The notes: generated from the sequence alone by a model not told the origin. A stretch of DNA of 64,000 nt from Phoronis australis (GCA_002633005.1 NMRA01000084.1:775267-839266), one strand, 5' to 3'; positions 35,700 through 47,838 are shown, counted from the first letter of the stretch. Program-made: numbers and translations.

Positions 35700-35850
35700 T
35701 GACGTCAGTTTAACCTATTTTGAAACCTAAATAAAATACCACACGTCAAGTAACCGTTATGTGACCTTTCTGAAGAGGTCGTTATTGTGCTGGTTCCTAT
35801 ATAAGGTACGAAAAAACGGCTATCACCATTTCAAGACAGACTAGTATATG
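35700..35850 (+). promoter_or_regulatory. Core promoter and short non-coding exon 1 of chitin-binding gene 1
   Basis: CRE palindrome TGACGTCA 35700-35707; TATATAA 35798-35804; initiator-like CCATT ~30 nt downstream (35828); donor G|gtaggc at 35851. Same layout as the paralogue at 58483-58544. Confidence 0.55.
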
Positions 35851-36547
35851 GTAGGCCTATGGATGTTGGTTCTAGCGAAGCACTGACAGTAACTCGACTG
35901 GATTTTTGACTACTATTTATAAATTTTGAAATGTCGTTTGGCTACTTGTTACATGTTTGAGATTGTGAATTATTTTTGTACTGCCACGATAGAGCGGCTA
36001 TAAACCTGCCTTCTATCACTGAAATTTATTGTTAAACAACTTGCTTCAATGAAATTGATCTCAAATTTTCCTTCGACCAGGCTCTACAAGTTGGCTTGCC
36101 ACAACGTGACACTTGATGCAACGAGCAAGGTCTTTAGGAACAATGAACTGTCAGTCGTTTTTCAACCCAAAAATCAAATTTAATCTAAGTAAGGAGCAAG
36201 TTGAGACCAATTTTATGTCGATAAATCCCTTAAAGCAAAAGTTCGCTTCTTGGACTGAAGGTGACTTCATAGTCATGTTACTATCCACGTAAATATCCTT
36301 GATTCATCGGTAAAAGTTATGTTACATGACGCCTAGATTCCGCTATTTAAACGATAAACTAAACGACATAACTTATTTTTTGAAACTTAACTAATCAACA
36401 TCCTTTACCAATGTTATTTTCTCGTGTACGCAGAAGAATTTTGGTAATTCTCTTTTTTAATTGTTATGAGATTGTTTTGCTGTTTATAGATATCTTAGTA
36501 CGTCTTCAACATAAAATATTTGATCAAAAGAAGGAAACGCTTGAACG

Positions 36548-36614
36548 ATGATCACGCAGCTTCACGTTGGAACTACTTGTATCTTTATGGCTTTGGCAGC
36601 CGCTGCCAGTATAG
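36548..36614 (+). CDS. Chitin-binding gene 1, signal-peptide exon
   Basis: ATG 36548, MITQLHVGTTCIFMALAAAASI+G, consensus donor G|gtaagt at 36615, phase 1 (matches the next exon); acceptor ...gctgtttatAG|36490. Confidence 0.8.
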
Positions 36615-37881
36615 GTAAGTAGTCCCCGTGACCCGTTGTTATTTTGTTGTGTTGGTGATTACAAGAATACGATTCATTGGTAGGAGCAATGTTTAATAAT
36701 TTAGGAAATATATTGGTTTAGTATCAAATGATGGAGAGATAGCTTCGCGACAGCGATCTCATTCAGGTTACTCTGGTGCCAGCAAAATAATCTATCTTGT
36801 CCAAATTTGGAGCGTTCAGGTACTACTCATCTCCCCGTGGTTGCTGGTCATGTTTTTATCAGGGGTGTGACACTGGGGTAAGCATATTAGCCCTAAGCTA
36901 GGATTGCAATAATAAATCAAAGCGCTGAAAGCTCAGTAGTTTGATGGCACTCTTTATTTCCGGTGAAATTTCAATGACCTTCATGCAGGTACCGACAACG
37001 TCACCGGTTGAGCTGTTAGGCAAACCCAAAAAAGAAACGTTCGTAAAATTCAAAAACAATGTAAAAACTGATATGCCACCAAAAATCCACGAAAGTCGTG
37101 AACCTTTGCATTATCTAACAATAACCGCGGAAAATTTATTCATGATCCCCGGGAAAGATGATTGCCCATCAAATGCCAGTTGCCTCAGCTTGAATTCCAC
37201 TGAGTGCTGATAAGAGTAGATCGCAGGTCCGGCGGAGTAGAATTGATGGGCTCAACGATTTGAGAGAATTTGAATGTGAAAACGAACAGTAAATTGTCTA
37301 GATTTTATTGGTTCAGTAAGGTGGAATGCTCCACGACAGACGTTAACGAACATGAAATCGAACAGCGAACTTGCCAATGTTATTGTGAACCTGAAATTTA
37401 GAGTAGATATTTGAAGTCAGCAGCATGTCTGTTTCCGCCCTCTTTTGGCCATTCTGAGAAACATAGGCCATTTTGGATGTTCCATTGCCGTTGTCGTGAC
37501 ACCGGCTTATTTTTGCCAAAGTTTGTTCTGTTAATTAGTAATAGACGGGTGTATTGGTCAAAACTTTGCGAGAATCTTTAAAATCTTGTTTAACTCCAAA
37601 CGTATTTACTCACAAATTGTCAAAAACAAGTATTCACGACAAATTTTGTATTACGCCGGTAAAATTCCCCACTGAAATTGTACTATTTATAACTACATAG
37701 CTAGACGTACGATTCCTGTCAGGGGGGCACTTTCAACAGTTGGAATCGTCCAAAAATTGCATGTTTCATATTTGCACAAATTTAGCTTAAGATAAAAGAA
37801 TCAATATAATCCCCTCAGATACGAAGTTTCGAAGTAATCACACGTTACTGAACCCGCCTCCCCATCATTGACTATGTTCAG

Positions 37882-38106
37882 GTGGTCCTGGCGCTTGCCA
37901 AAGCCATGGAAACAACTACACTGTGGCAAACCATGATTGTACGTGTTTCCACCAGCGAGATATGACCAATGGCAACGAAGGATATCACAGATGTCCATCC
38001 GGTCTAGTTTTCAACACGGCTAAGTGTGTCTGTGATTATCCAAGAGACACCACATGCCAACCTGCGTCCATAGACAGATGTTCAGCTGTAACGACGCCAT
38101 CTGCTG
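37882..38106 (+). CDS. Chitin-binding gene 1, domain exon A1 (8-Cys CBM14/ChtBD2-like)
   Basis: 225 nt, phase 1-1, ttcAG|...|gtgagt. GPGACQSHGNNYTVANHDCTCFHQRDMTNGNEGYHRCPSGLVFNTAKCVCDYPRDTTCQPASIDRCSAVTTPSA; the CPxGLxFN-x-CD[YW]P-x-C motif is that of chitin-binding type-2 domains. Confidence 0.88.
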
Positions 38107-38449
38107 GTGAGTTTTGATGCCTTTTGTGTGTTTACCTTAAATGTCTTAAAGGGTTTACAAACGAATTCCTACACAACTTCCACAAATTTCGTCATAGTGG
38201 GCGGAAACACCACGTGTCATTCATCGTCCACTGATAGGTGTTCGGCTTACACAACGCCATCTGCTGGTGAGTTTCAATTAATTTTGACATTAAAACGCTT
38301 ATCTATACGATTTTTCTATACAACTTACCTAAATGTAATCAAAGTAAGCCGAAAAATCACTGTCTACGAACTGTTCTTGTTCACGCTGGGCCTCGCATAA
38401 ATAAACTCAAATATTCTGTGCACTTACTATCCTTCCATATACATTACAG

Positions 38450-38707
38450 CTCAACCAGGTTCATGTGTGCAACGCGGAAATCGTTATACCATCTCAAGCC
38501 GAGACTGCACGTGCTTCCATCAACAAGACATTGGGAATGGCAACGAAGGCTACCATAAATGTCCCTCCGGTCTCACTTTCAACCCCGATCCTTGTGTTTG
38601 TGATTGGCCACAGAATTCAGTTTGTAAAGGCGCCGCCACAGATAAATGTCCTGGAGTTCCGGCAGCGCCGGCAGTGACTAAGAAGCCTGTTACTTCAAAA
38701 AGCACGC
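38450..38707 (+). CDS. Chitin-binding gene 1, domain exon B1
   Basis: 258 nt, phase 1-1, tacAG|...C|gtaaga. QPGSCVQRGNRYTISSRDCTCFHQQDIGNGNEGYHKCPSGLTFNPDPCVCDWPQNSVCKGAATDKC plus a P/T/K-rich linker. Confidence 0.88.
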
Positions 38708-39359
38708 GTAAGATCTATCTGATCCATTTTACAAAACGTTTACCACTTTTGTTGTCTATTTTGATGTTATTAACTAATATTGTTGTTGATGTATGTGATT
38801 CAGTAACAGGCGTACTTTATTAAACCAGTGAACGGTGAACCCTTTTCCACCCCTGAAAGATGTCCATTGAATGTTTTTAGACCATACTCATTTTGATCCT
38901 CTCTCAAGTAAAAGTTTCGTGGATTTCTGTATCTAATGTAGTTCTTACGTAGGAAACGGCTTAAGGGACATGGATGCTTGCAAATTTCAATGCTACTCTT
39001 TCAGTACAAAGCATATTTTCGCACAACATATTTGGTCAATTATATGTAAAATACTATTTAAACAACAGGAGCACTACATTTCCATACGTGGTGTTTGAAT
39101 TCTGTTAACGAGAGTTGGAGCATTTACTAACTCGAAGGCAATCTATACATGTAAGTTCCAAAGCATTCTCCTACTAACAGGTCCCGTGCATAAGGAGGAA
39201 CTTTTAAAATTTGATATTTTCAGAGTTCGTCTGCATATGTCACTCGTGTTGTATGTGCATAATATATGTACGTTTTGGGTGATGGGTCGTTTTGTTGAAT
39301 AACTACAAATACCTGTCAACTGTTAGAAGCAGTCTTAATCTTTATAGCATTATTTTCAG

Positions 39360-39584
39360 GTGGTCCAGGCGTTTGCCAAAGTCATGGGAATAAGTACACT
39401 GTTGCAAATCAAGAATGTACTTGTTTCCACCAGCAAGACATGTCCAACGGCAACGAAGGATATCACAGGTGTCCTTCTGGTCTTGTTTTCAACACGGCTA
39501 AATGTGTCTGTGATTATCCGAGAGACACCACGTGTCATCCAGCGTCCACTGATAGGTGTTCGGCTAACACCACGCCATCTGCTG
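39360..39584 (+). CDS. Chitin-binding gene 1, domain exon A2
   Basis: 225 nt, ttttcAG|GTGGTCCA...GCTG|gtgagt, phase 1-1. Confidence 0.88.
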
Positions 39585-39910
39585 GTGAGTTTTGATGCCT
39601 TTTGAACGCCTGTCTATACAACGATTTTTCTATAGAACTTACCTAAATGTCTTCAAAGTTAGCGGCAACATCACTGTCTACGGACTGTTCATATTCACAG
39701 TGCGCCTCGGCTAACACCACGCCATCTGCTGGTGAGTTTTGATGCCTTTTGAAAGCCTGTCTATACAACGATTTTTCTATAGAACTTACCTAAATGTCTT
39801 CAAAGTTAGCGAAAACACCACGGTCTAAGGACTGTTCTTATTCAAGGTGCGCCTCGCATGAGTATATTCAAATTTTCTTTGCGCTTATTATCCTTCCATA
39901 TATATTACAG

Positions 39911-40168
39911 CTCAACCTGGTTCGTGCGTGCAACGCGGAAATCGTTATACCATCTCAAGCCGAGACTGCACGTGCTTCCATCAACAAGACATTGCGAATG
40001 GCAACGAAGGCTACCATAAATGTCCCTCCGGTCTCACATTCAACCCCGATCTTTGTGTTTGTGATTGGCCTCAGAATTCAGTTTGTAAAGGCGCAGCCAC
40101 AGATAAATGCTCTGCAGTTTCGGCACAACCGGCAGTGACTAAGAAGCTTAACACTACACCAACCACGC
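39911..40168 (+). CDS. Chitin-binding gene 1, domain exon B2
   Basis: 258 nt, ttacAG|CTCAACC...ACGC|gtaaga, phase 1-1. Confidence 0.88.
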
Positions 40169-40615
40169 GTAAGAATCAATTTATCTGATACAGTTTACAA
40201 AAAGTTTGGGATTATTGTTGACTTTACTATTGCTGTTTTTTCTTTGTTAGTATTATTTTAATGATTTGTGTGATTCAATCGATTCGAAGTTGCTTTGGTG
40301 TCACCGCCATAATTTGGTGATCACGTGTTAAATTAATTGAGTCTGGTTGTCTTTTTGCTATAGTTCCTGCACTGAAATGAGTGTGGAAGCAAATATCACG
40401 TGAATTAGGTTTCACGAATACTATACTTTACGGAAGTCGGTGGACTATCAGCTATTACTGCATAACTTTTAAAAATAGATATCGTCTCAGTTCTATTGCA
40501 TTTATCACCCGTGCTGCAACTGCATAATACAGGGCGATGGGTCGCTTTGTTTAACAAAGTACAACTCCCTAGTCACTGTTAGAGGTAGTCTTGATGTTTA
40601 TAACATTATTTTCAG

Positions 40616-40840
40616 GTGGTCCAGGCGTTTGCCAAAGTCACGGGAATAAGTACACTGTTGCAAACCAAGAATGTACGTGTTTCCACCAGCAAGACATGTC
40701 CAACGGCAACGAAGGATATCACAGGTGTCCTTCTGGTCTTGTTTTCAACACGGCTAAATGTGTCTGTGATTATCCGAGAGACACCACGTGTCATCCAGCG
40801 TCAACTGATAGGTGTTCGGCTAACACCACGCCATCTGCTG
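40616..40840 (+). CDS. Chitin-binding gene 1, domain exon A3
   Basis: 225 nt, phase 1-1, near-identical to A2. Confidence 0.88.
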
Positions 40841-41012
40841 GTGAGTTTTGATGCCTTTTTAACGCCTGTCTATACCACGATTTTTCTATAGAACTTACCT
40901 AAATGTCTTCAAAGTTAGCGGCACTGTCTGCGACTGTTCATATTCACGGTGCGCCTCGCATAAGTATATTCAAATGTTCTTTGCGCTTACTATCCTTCCA
41001 TATATATTATAG

Positions 41013-41270
41013 CTCAACCAGGTTCATGTGTGCAACGCGGAAATCGTTATACCATCTCAAGCCGAGACTGCACGTGCTTCCATCAACAAGACATTGCTAA
41101 TGGTAACGAAGGCTACCATAAATGTCCCTCCGGTCTCACATTCAACCCCGATCTTTGTGTTTGTGATTGGCCTCAGAATTCAGTTTGTAAAGGCGCAGCC
41201 ACAGATAAATGCCCTGGAGTTTCGGCACAACCGGCAGTGACTAAGAAGCGTAACACTACACCAAGCACGC
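41013..41270 (+). CDS. Chitin-binding gene 1, domain exon B3
   Basis: 258 nt, ttatAG|...|gtaaga, phase 1-1. Confidence 0.87.
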
Positions 41271-41707
41271 GTAAGAATCAATTTATCTGATACAATTTAC
41301 AGGAAGTTTGGTACTATTATTGTCTTTTTGTTGTTAGTATTATTTTGTTGATGTGTGTGATTCAATCGATTCGAAGCTGCTTTGTTGTTATCGCGACAAT
41401 TTGGTGATCACGTGGTAAATTAATGAAGTATGGTTGTCTTTTTACTATAGTTCCTGCACTGAAATGAGTGTGGAAGCCAATATCACGTGAAATAGGTTGC
41501 ACGAATACTCTACTTTACGGAAGTCGGTGGACTATCAGCTATTACTGCATAACTTTTAAAAATAGATATCGTCTCAATTCTTTTGTAGTTATCACCCGTG
41601 TAGCAACTGCATAATACAGGGTGATGGGTCGCTTTGTTTAATAAAGTACTGTACAATTACCTGACGACTGTTTGAAGGAGTCTTGATCTTTATAGCATTA
41701 TTTTCAG

Positions 41708-41932
41708 GTGGTCCAGGCGTTTGCCAAAGTCACGGGAATAAGTACACTGTTGCAAATCAAGAATGTACTTGTTTCCACCAGCAAGACATGTCCAACGGCA
41801 ACGAAGGATATCACAGGTGTCCTTCTGGTCTTGTTTTCAACACGGCTAAATGTGTCTGTGATTATCCGAGAGACACCACGTGTCATCCAGCGTCAACTGA
41901 TAGGTGTTCGGCTAACACCACGCCTTCTGCTG
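41708..41932 (+). CDS. Chitin-binding gene 1, domain exon A4
   Basis: 225 nt, phase 1-1, intact splice sites. Confidence 0.88.
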
Positions 41933-42111
41933 GTGAGTTTTGATGCCTTTTGAACGCCTGTCTATACAACGATTTTTCTATAGAACTTACCTAAATGTCT
42001 TCAAAGTTAGCGGAAACATCACTGTGTACGGACCGTTCATATTCACGGTGCGCCTCGCATAAGTATATTCAAATGTTCTTTGCGCTTATTATCCTTCCAT
42101 ATATATTACAG

Positions 42112-42369
42112 CTCAACCTGGTTCGTGTGTGCAACGCGGAAATCGTTATACCATCTCAAACCGAGACTGCACGTGCTTCCATCAACAAGACATTGCGAAT
42201 GGCAACGAAGGCTACCATAAATGTCCCTCCGGTCTCACATTCAACCCCGATCTTTGTGTTTGTGATTGGCCTCAGAATTCAGTTTGTAAAGGCGCAGCCA
42301 CAGACAAATGCTCTGCAGTTTTGGCACAACCGGCAGTGACTAAGAAGCGTAACACTACACCAAGCACGC
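42112..42369 (+). CDS. Chitin-binding gene 1, domain exon B4
   Basis: 258 nt, phase 1-1, intact splice sites. Confidence 0.88.
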
Positions 42370-42807
42370 GTAAGAATGAATTAACCTGATACAGTTTACA
42401 AGAAGTTTGAGATTAGTGTTGTCTTTACTATTGCTGTTTTTTCTTTATTTTAATGATTTGTTTTATTCACGCGATTCGAAGCGGCTTGGGTATCACCGCC
42501 ATAATTTGGTGATCACGTGGTAAATTAATTGAGTCTGGTTGTCTTTTTGCTATAGTTCCTGCACTGAAATCAGTGTGGAAGCAAATATCACATGAAATAG
42601 GTTTCACGAATACTATACTTTACGGAAGTCGGTGGACTATCAGCTATTACTAAATAACTTTTGAAAATAGATATCGTCTCAGTTCGTTTGCATTTATCAC
42701 CCGTGTTGCAACTGCATAATACAGGGCGATGGGTCGCTTTGTTTAGTGAAGTACAACTCCCTGGCGACTGTTAGAGGCAGTCTTGATCTTTATAACATTA
42801 TTTTCAG

Positions 42808-43032
42808 GTGGTCCAGGCGTTTGCCAAAGTCACGGGAATAAGTACACTGTTGCAAACCAAGAATGTACGTGTTTCCACCAGCAAGACATGTCCAACGGCA
42901 ACGAAGGATATCACAGGTGTCCTTCTGGTCTAGTTTTCAACACGGCTAAATGTGTCTGTGACTATCCGAGAGACACCACGTGTCATCCAGCGTCAACTGA
43001 TAGGTGTTCGGCTAACACCACGCCATCTGCTG
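42808..43032 (+). CDS. Chitin-binding gene 1, domain exon A5
   Basis: 225 nt, phase 1-1, intact splice sites. Confidence 0.88.
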
Positions 43033-43211
43033 GTGAGTTTTGATGCCTTTTGAACGCCTGTCTATACAACGATTTTTCTATAGAACTTACCTAAATGTCT
43101 TCAAAGTTAGCGGAAACATCACTGTCTACGGACTGTTCATATTCAAGGTGCGCCTCTCATAAGTATATTCAAATGTTCTTTGCGCTTACTATCCTTCCAT
43201 ATATATTACAG

Positions 43212-43469
43212 CTCAACCAGGTTCATGTGTGCAACGCGGAAATCGTTATACCATCTCAAACCGAGACTGCACGTGCTTCCACCAACAAGACATTGAGAAT
43301 GGCAACGAAGGCTACCATAAGTGTCCCTCCGGTCTCACATTCAACCCCGATCTTTGTGTGTGTGATTGGCCTCAGAATTCAGTTTGTAATGGCGCAGCCA
43401 CAGATAAATGCCCTGGAGTTTCGGCACAACCGGCAGTGACTAAGAAGCGAAACACTACACCAAGCACGC
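43212..43469 (+). CDS. Chitin-binding gene 1, domain exon B5
   Basis: 258 nt, phase 1-1, intact splice sites. Confidence 0.88.
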
Positions 43470-43905
43470 GTAAGAATAAATTGGTCTGATAAAGTTTACA
43501 AGAAGTTTGGTACTATTGTTGTTTTTTGTTGTTAGTATTATTTTGTTGATGTGTGTGATTCAATCGATTCGAAGCTGCTTTGGTGTCACCGAGACAATTT
43601 GGTGATCACGAGGTAAATTAATGAAGTCTGGTTGTCATTTTACTATAGTTCCTGCACTGAAATGAGTGTGGAAGCAAATATCACGCGAAATAGGTTGCAC
43701 GAATACTCTACTTTACGGAAGTCGGTGGACTATCAGCTATTACTGCATAACTTTTAAAAATAGATATTGTCTCAGTTCTTTTGCAGTTATCACCCGTGTT
43801 GCAACTGCATAATACAGGGTGATGGGTCGCTTTGTTTAATAAAGTACTGTACAATTACCTGACGACTGTTCGAAGGAGTCTTGATCTTTATAGCATTACT
43901 TTCAG

Positions 43906-44130
43906 GTGGTCCAGGCGTTTGCCAAAGTCACGGGAATAAGTACACTGTTGCAAACCAAGAATGTACTTGTTTCCACCAGCAAGACATGTCCAACGGCAAC
44001 GAAGGATATCACAGGTGTCCTTCTGGTCTTGTTTTCAACACGGCTAAATGTGTCTGTGATTATCCGAGAGACACCACATGTCATCCAGCGTCCACTGATA
44101 AGTGTTCGGCTAACACCACGCCATCTGCTG
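43906..44130 (+). CDS. Chitin-binding gene 1, domain exon A6
   Basis: 225 nt, phase 1-1, intact splice sites. Confidence 0.88.
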
Positions 44131-44309
44131 GTGAGTTTTGATGCCTTTTGAACGCCTGTCTATACAACGATTTTTCTGTAGAACTTAGCTAAATGTCTTC
44201 AAAGTTGGCGGAAACATCACAGTCCACGGACTGTTCATATTCACAGTGCGCCTCGCATAAGTATATTCAAATGTTCTTTGCGCTTATTATCCTTCCATAT
44301 ATATTACAG

Positions 44310-44515
44310 CTCAACCAGGTTCGTGCGTGCAACGCGGAAATCGTTATACCATCTCAAACCGAGACTGCACGTGCTTCCACCAACAAGACATTGCGAATGG
44401 GAACGAAGGCTACCATAAATGTCCCTCCGGTCTCACATTCAACACCGATCTTTGTGTTTGTGATTGGCCTCAGAATTCAGTTTGTGAAGGTGCAACCACC
44501 GACACATGTCCCTAG
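44310..44515 (+). CDS. Chitin-binding gene 1, last coding exon B6
   Basis: Phase-1 acceptor; complete 8-Cys domain ending ...VCEGATTDTCP, stop TAG 44513-44515; AATAAA at 44544 and 44828. Joined CDS is 2913 nt (970 aa). Confidence 0.85.
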
Positions 44516-46197
44516 GTATGGAGTGTATTTTACTCTCCCTTTAAATAAATTGGTGATGGTTTATTTAATCAGTCACATATGTTTAACACTGTGTTGACAT
44601 TTGAGGTCAATGAAGGCTTGGCTTCAAGACGTGGATTCATTTTGATTTGAATAATTACGATTATAACTTGTATACTCTTAGAAGTTCTCTTTCTCGAGTG
44701 TTGATTGTACTGTATAGCTACCTGTATTTGAATGCATACATGTTTGTGTGCAATCATCAGAACGGGATACATTATAGTAGAATGGTTCTACCCGTGAAAA
44801 TTGTCTTTTATTTATTGATCTAAAAGCAATAAAATTTTCTAACAAAGTTTGCTACTAGACATATTATTTTTGAACATCAGTTAAGAATTTTACGATCACT
44901 GGTTCATCAATTTTTTAAAGTTGATCAATTTTGATGCCATTTTTAAAGTGATTGCCGCGAAATTGGAACCTGGAAACTCAGCACGAGGTTTCTTTCACGC
45001 TGCCAACCTTTACGTTACCAGGATTAATTTCATTTAGCGTCTTTTGGGGTTAATTTATGATGATGATTGTTCATATTTGCAATTTTTTGCATTCTTTTCA
45101 GACATCTAAAAAGTAATTCACGTTCACTCCATGTAGAAAACATCTAAAACTCACTTGTAATTTTGGCTTTTTACCAACCTCTTCGTAATTGTTTCACCAA
45201 ACTCATTCTGATAATAAGGACATCGATAATATGACCAGTTTTTATACAAAGTTTGATAATGTCTCAGAAATGCTGGTGCAATTTTCTGAATTATCGTTTC
45301 GCTTTCGTTTGATGAAAAAAGAAACTTCCTAAGCGCTTGTTGGAGAATATCGTGTAAACCATAACATCTAAAGTTTCAGTTGAATCGAAGAATTCACTTC
45401 TGAGATATGGTGTGCCAAATTCAGCCTAAATTGGACCTTTTTCTTGGATTACACGTGACTTTATATGAACAAGGACACAAACATGACTTTTCCTGAAACG
45501 TTTTTTCGCTCTGCGCGCTTTCGTGCCTTTTTAACAAGGCAACGTCTGGGATTTATGACTTTAGGTGGCGACAGTTTCTCGATTATTATCACGATCGGGG
45601 CCCGTGGCCAATAAACATTAAATTACTTCAGAATCAAAAACGTAATCCAACTAAGCAATTTCTTATGTTTTAGAGACCTCTGAAACGCAGTTTACCAAAA
45701 GTACGTACTCAAAATTTTGTAAAAATCGCACCTGGTAGTTCTCAAGAAAGCGTGAATACAAACAATTCCTGAGAAAAGTCTCGAGCACGTCCNCCCCCCC
45801 CCCCCCCACCCTGCTCCTGTTTCTTGCAAAAAACCCTAGCCGGTCGAAACTCATTTTAGTTTTGATTAAGTCAAAGCCTTCGAGAACTTTTCTAAAGTAT
45901 GACTACGTCTCGAAGTGTCTTGAGTAAAGTTTTCTGGTCGCCATCTTTAGACAATTACTCAAGTAAGTTCAGTATGAAGTACTTAACGTTCTAAGTAAGG
46001 CTTGACGTCACTGGCCCAGATACTTCATTGCCAATGTATTTGATTTCAGTGTTCAAGTGACGACTTTTGGCCTTCGGCAGTTTCGAAAGATCCTTGGTGT
46101 CTTGGTGACTTGCTGGATAACTCTGTCACTGCCTATTGACACAGGTTTAAATTCCTTATAATTTGCTATGTACTGTAAACCGTTGCCGCGGCCACAT

Positions 46198-47838
46198 TAG
46201 AGACTCTGTTTTTTTCAGAAACAGAGAAACCCGTTTTAGTAAACATAAATTACGCCACCTTTTTCTTTTTCTTCTTTAGTTGTACAAATGGACATCGGCC
46301 CAAAGTACAACAAACAAACAAGATCATTGCTGTGCTATTCACACTAGTCAGCATTACACAAGCTGTTTAGTTTTTTAGATGCGTAGTATACATATTTCAC
46401 AAATGAGGTATCAGGATTACATAACAATCTATGAGATTTTTATTAATTAGAAAATTCCGTTTGCTAATTCAAAATGACATTGGAATTATGCCGTAGTGCT
46501 GCCCCGTTTTTTACGATAACCAGACTGTCTAGTTCCCAGCAAAACCTAGAAGGCTGCGATCTGTTCTATTCATGGATGATCATAAAATGATTTCTAGTCA
46601 CATAGCAACGAAGCTTGACTCTCCCAATATGGACACATATTGGTTCGCTCTACACAATAACTTATAACATATACTGCGCCGGTGTTAGTTCGTAGTAAGT
46701 GCGAAGGACTGATGCATCGTAATTTCGTGCTCGTACGATACTTAGAATACTTCATTTTGTACAGACTAATAATGAAACAAACAAAGTGCGTTTTAGGTAT
46801 TCTCTGCAGCTTTTTAAATGTGCTGGAAGCTGGAACGAGGCTAACGTGGCACTGTGCAGTTCAGCTGCGCTTACTTTGCACTTCCGGGAAATTAAATACT
46901 TAGGGTACATATAGATCAGATATGAATTATAAGTAGGTTTTGTGAGCCTGGTTTGCTTGTATTTATGAACATGTGTTGGATGATAAAATGGCGGCTGCCT
47001 GTAATGTTGTTGCATTGCTGCGTAGCAACTGATGCGACATCAAATAGCTCTCCGACAATCGAGAATTTCAAAAACTAGTCGTATAGTAGGCTGGTAGCGC
47101 TTATGAATCCCATTTTTTGGAATCTGTGGTAAATTTACCTTCACTTTTTGCATATTGCCACCTCTTTTCTGAACATGGCAATCTTTGCGGTGGGAGTGAA
47201 ACAGTAAAACATCTGAAGCAGCATTAGAAACTCAGATATTTGATGGCACCTTGTCAGTAGATTTTTCCCACTGTCGTCAAAAGACTGTTTATCATAAAAT
47301 CTGATGTAAAATCCTATTTTGTGCAGAAGAGTGTATCCGTATTAGTGGTGGATCTGGCAAATTAAATTGATGTGCCGTGGACTAAAATTGATGATTTTAC
47401 GAAGTGTTTTGCTTGTGAAAATGAGCTCCTGGTAAAAAGTTAAATTGCGTTCATTGGCCTGCGACTCGTGATGTCGGACAAAAAATCATGGGAAGGCGTA
47501 ACAAAGATATTTGGATTTATCTTCGATTTAGAAACCGTCGTCGTCTGGAGTTGCTTCTCGCCATGTTTCTTAAAACTGGAACTAGGTCAACGCTACCTTG
47601 AGAAAGAATGAACTACTTGAACAAAACTGCAAAACCATTGTCGATCGATTCGTGGATAATCGTGGAATTTTGTGGAGTGTATTCTTAACTTTAAGAACTA
47701 AAACAAAAAATATTGGAGTTATTCTCTTTACTAGTGGTGAAAAATGCGAACTGCGCTCGTAACCTTTATTTTCCGTAAAAGAAGTCAGATTCCGTGAACT
47801 CCTTCCGTTTTCCGTTTTCGCAAAAAATAGGGTCTCTA
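46198..47838. mobile_element. Non-autonomous DNA transposon relic with TAGAGAC.../...GTCTCTA TIRs
   Basis: TAGAGACTCTGTTTTTTTCAGAAAC (46198) versus the reverse complement of the right end, TAGAGACCCTATTTTTTGCGAAAAC (47838); no clean TSD and no ORF recognised. Confidence 0.5.

Larger units (their letters stand above)
39340..44490 (+). repeat. Tandem ~1.1-kb exon-pair repeat (five near-identical units including introns)
   Basis: A-exon starts at 39360, 40616, 41708, 42808 and 43906; introns align almost base for base. Confidence 0.92.

Noticed and set aside
39701-39731. Second partial copy of the exon A end (147-bp local duplication) as a mini-exon
   Set aside because: The acceptor-to-donor segment is 31 nt (frameshifting) and has an in-frame TAA in phase 1.
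39794-44597. Repeated alternate-frame ORFs (MSSKLA..., MVQAFAK..., MTRGVSR...)
   Set aside because: They recur only because the DNA unit is duplicated; they cross splice sites and vary by indels.
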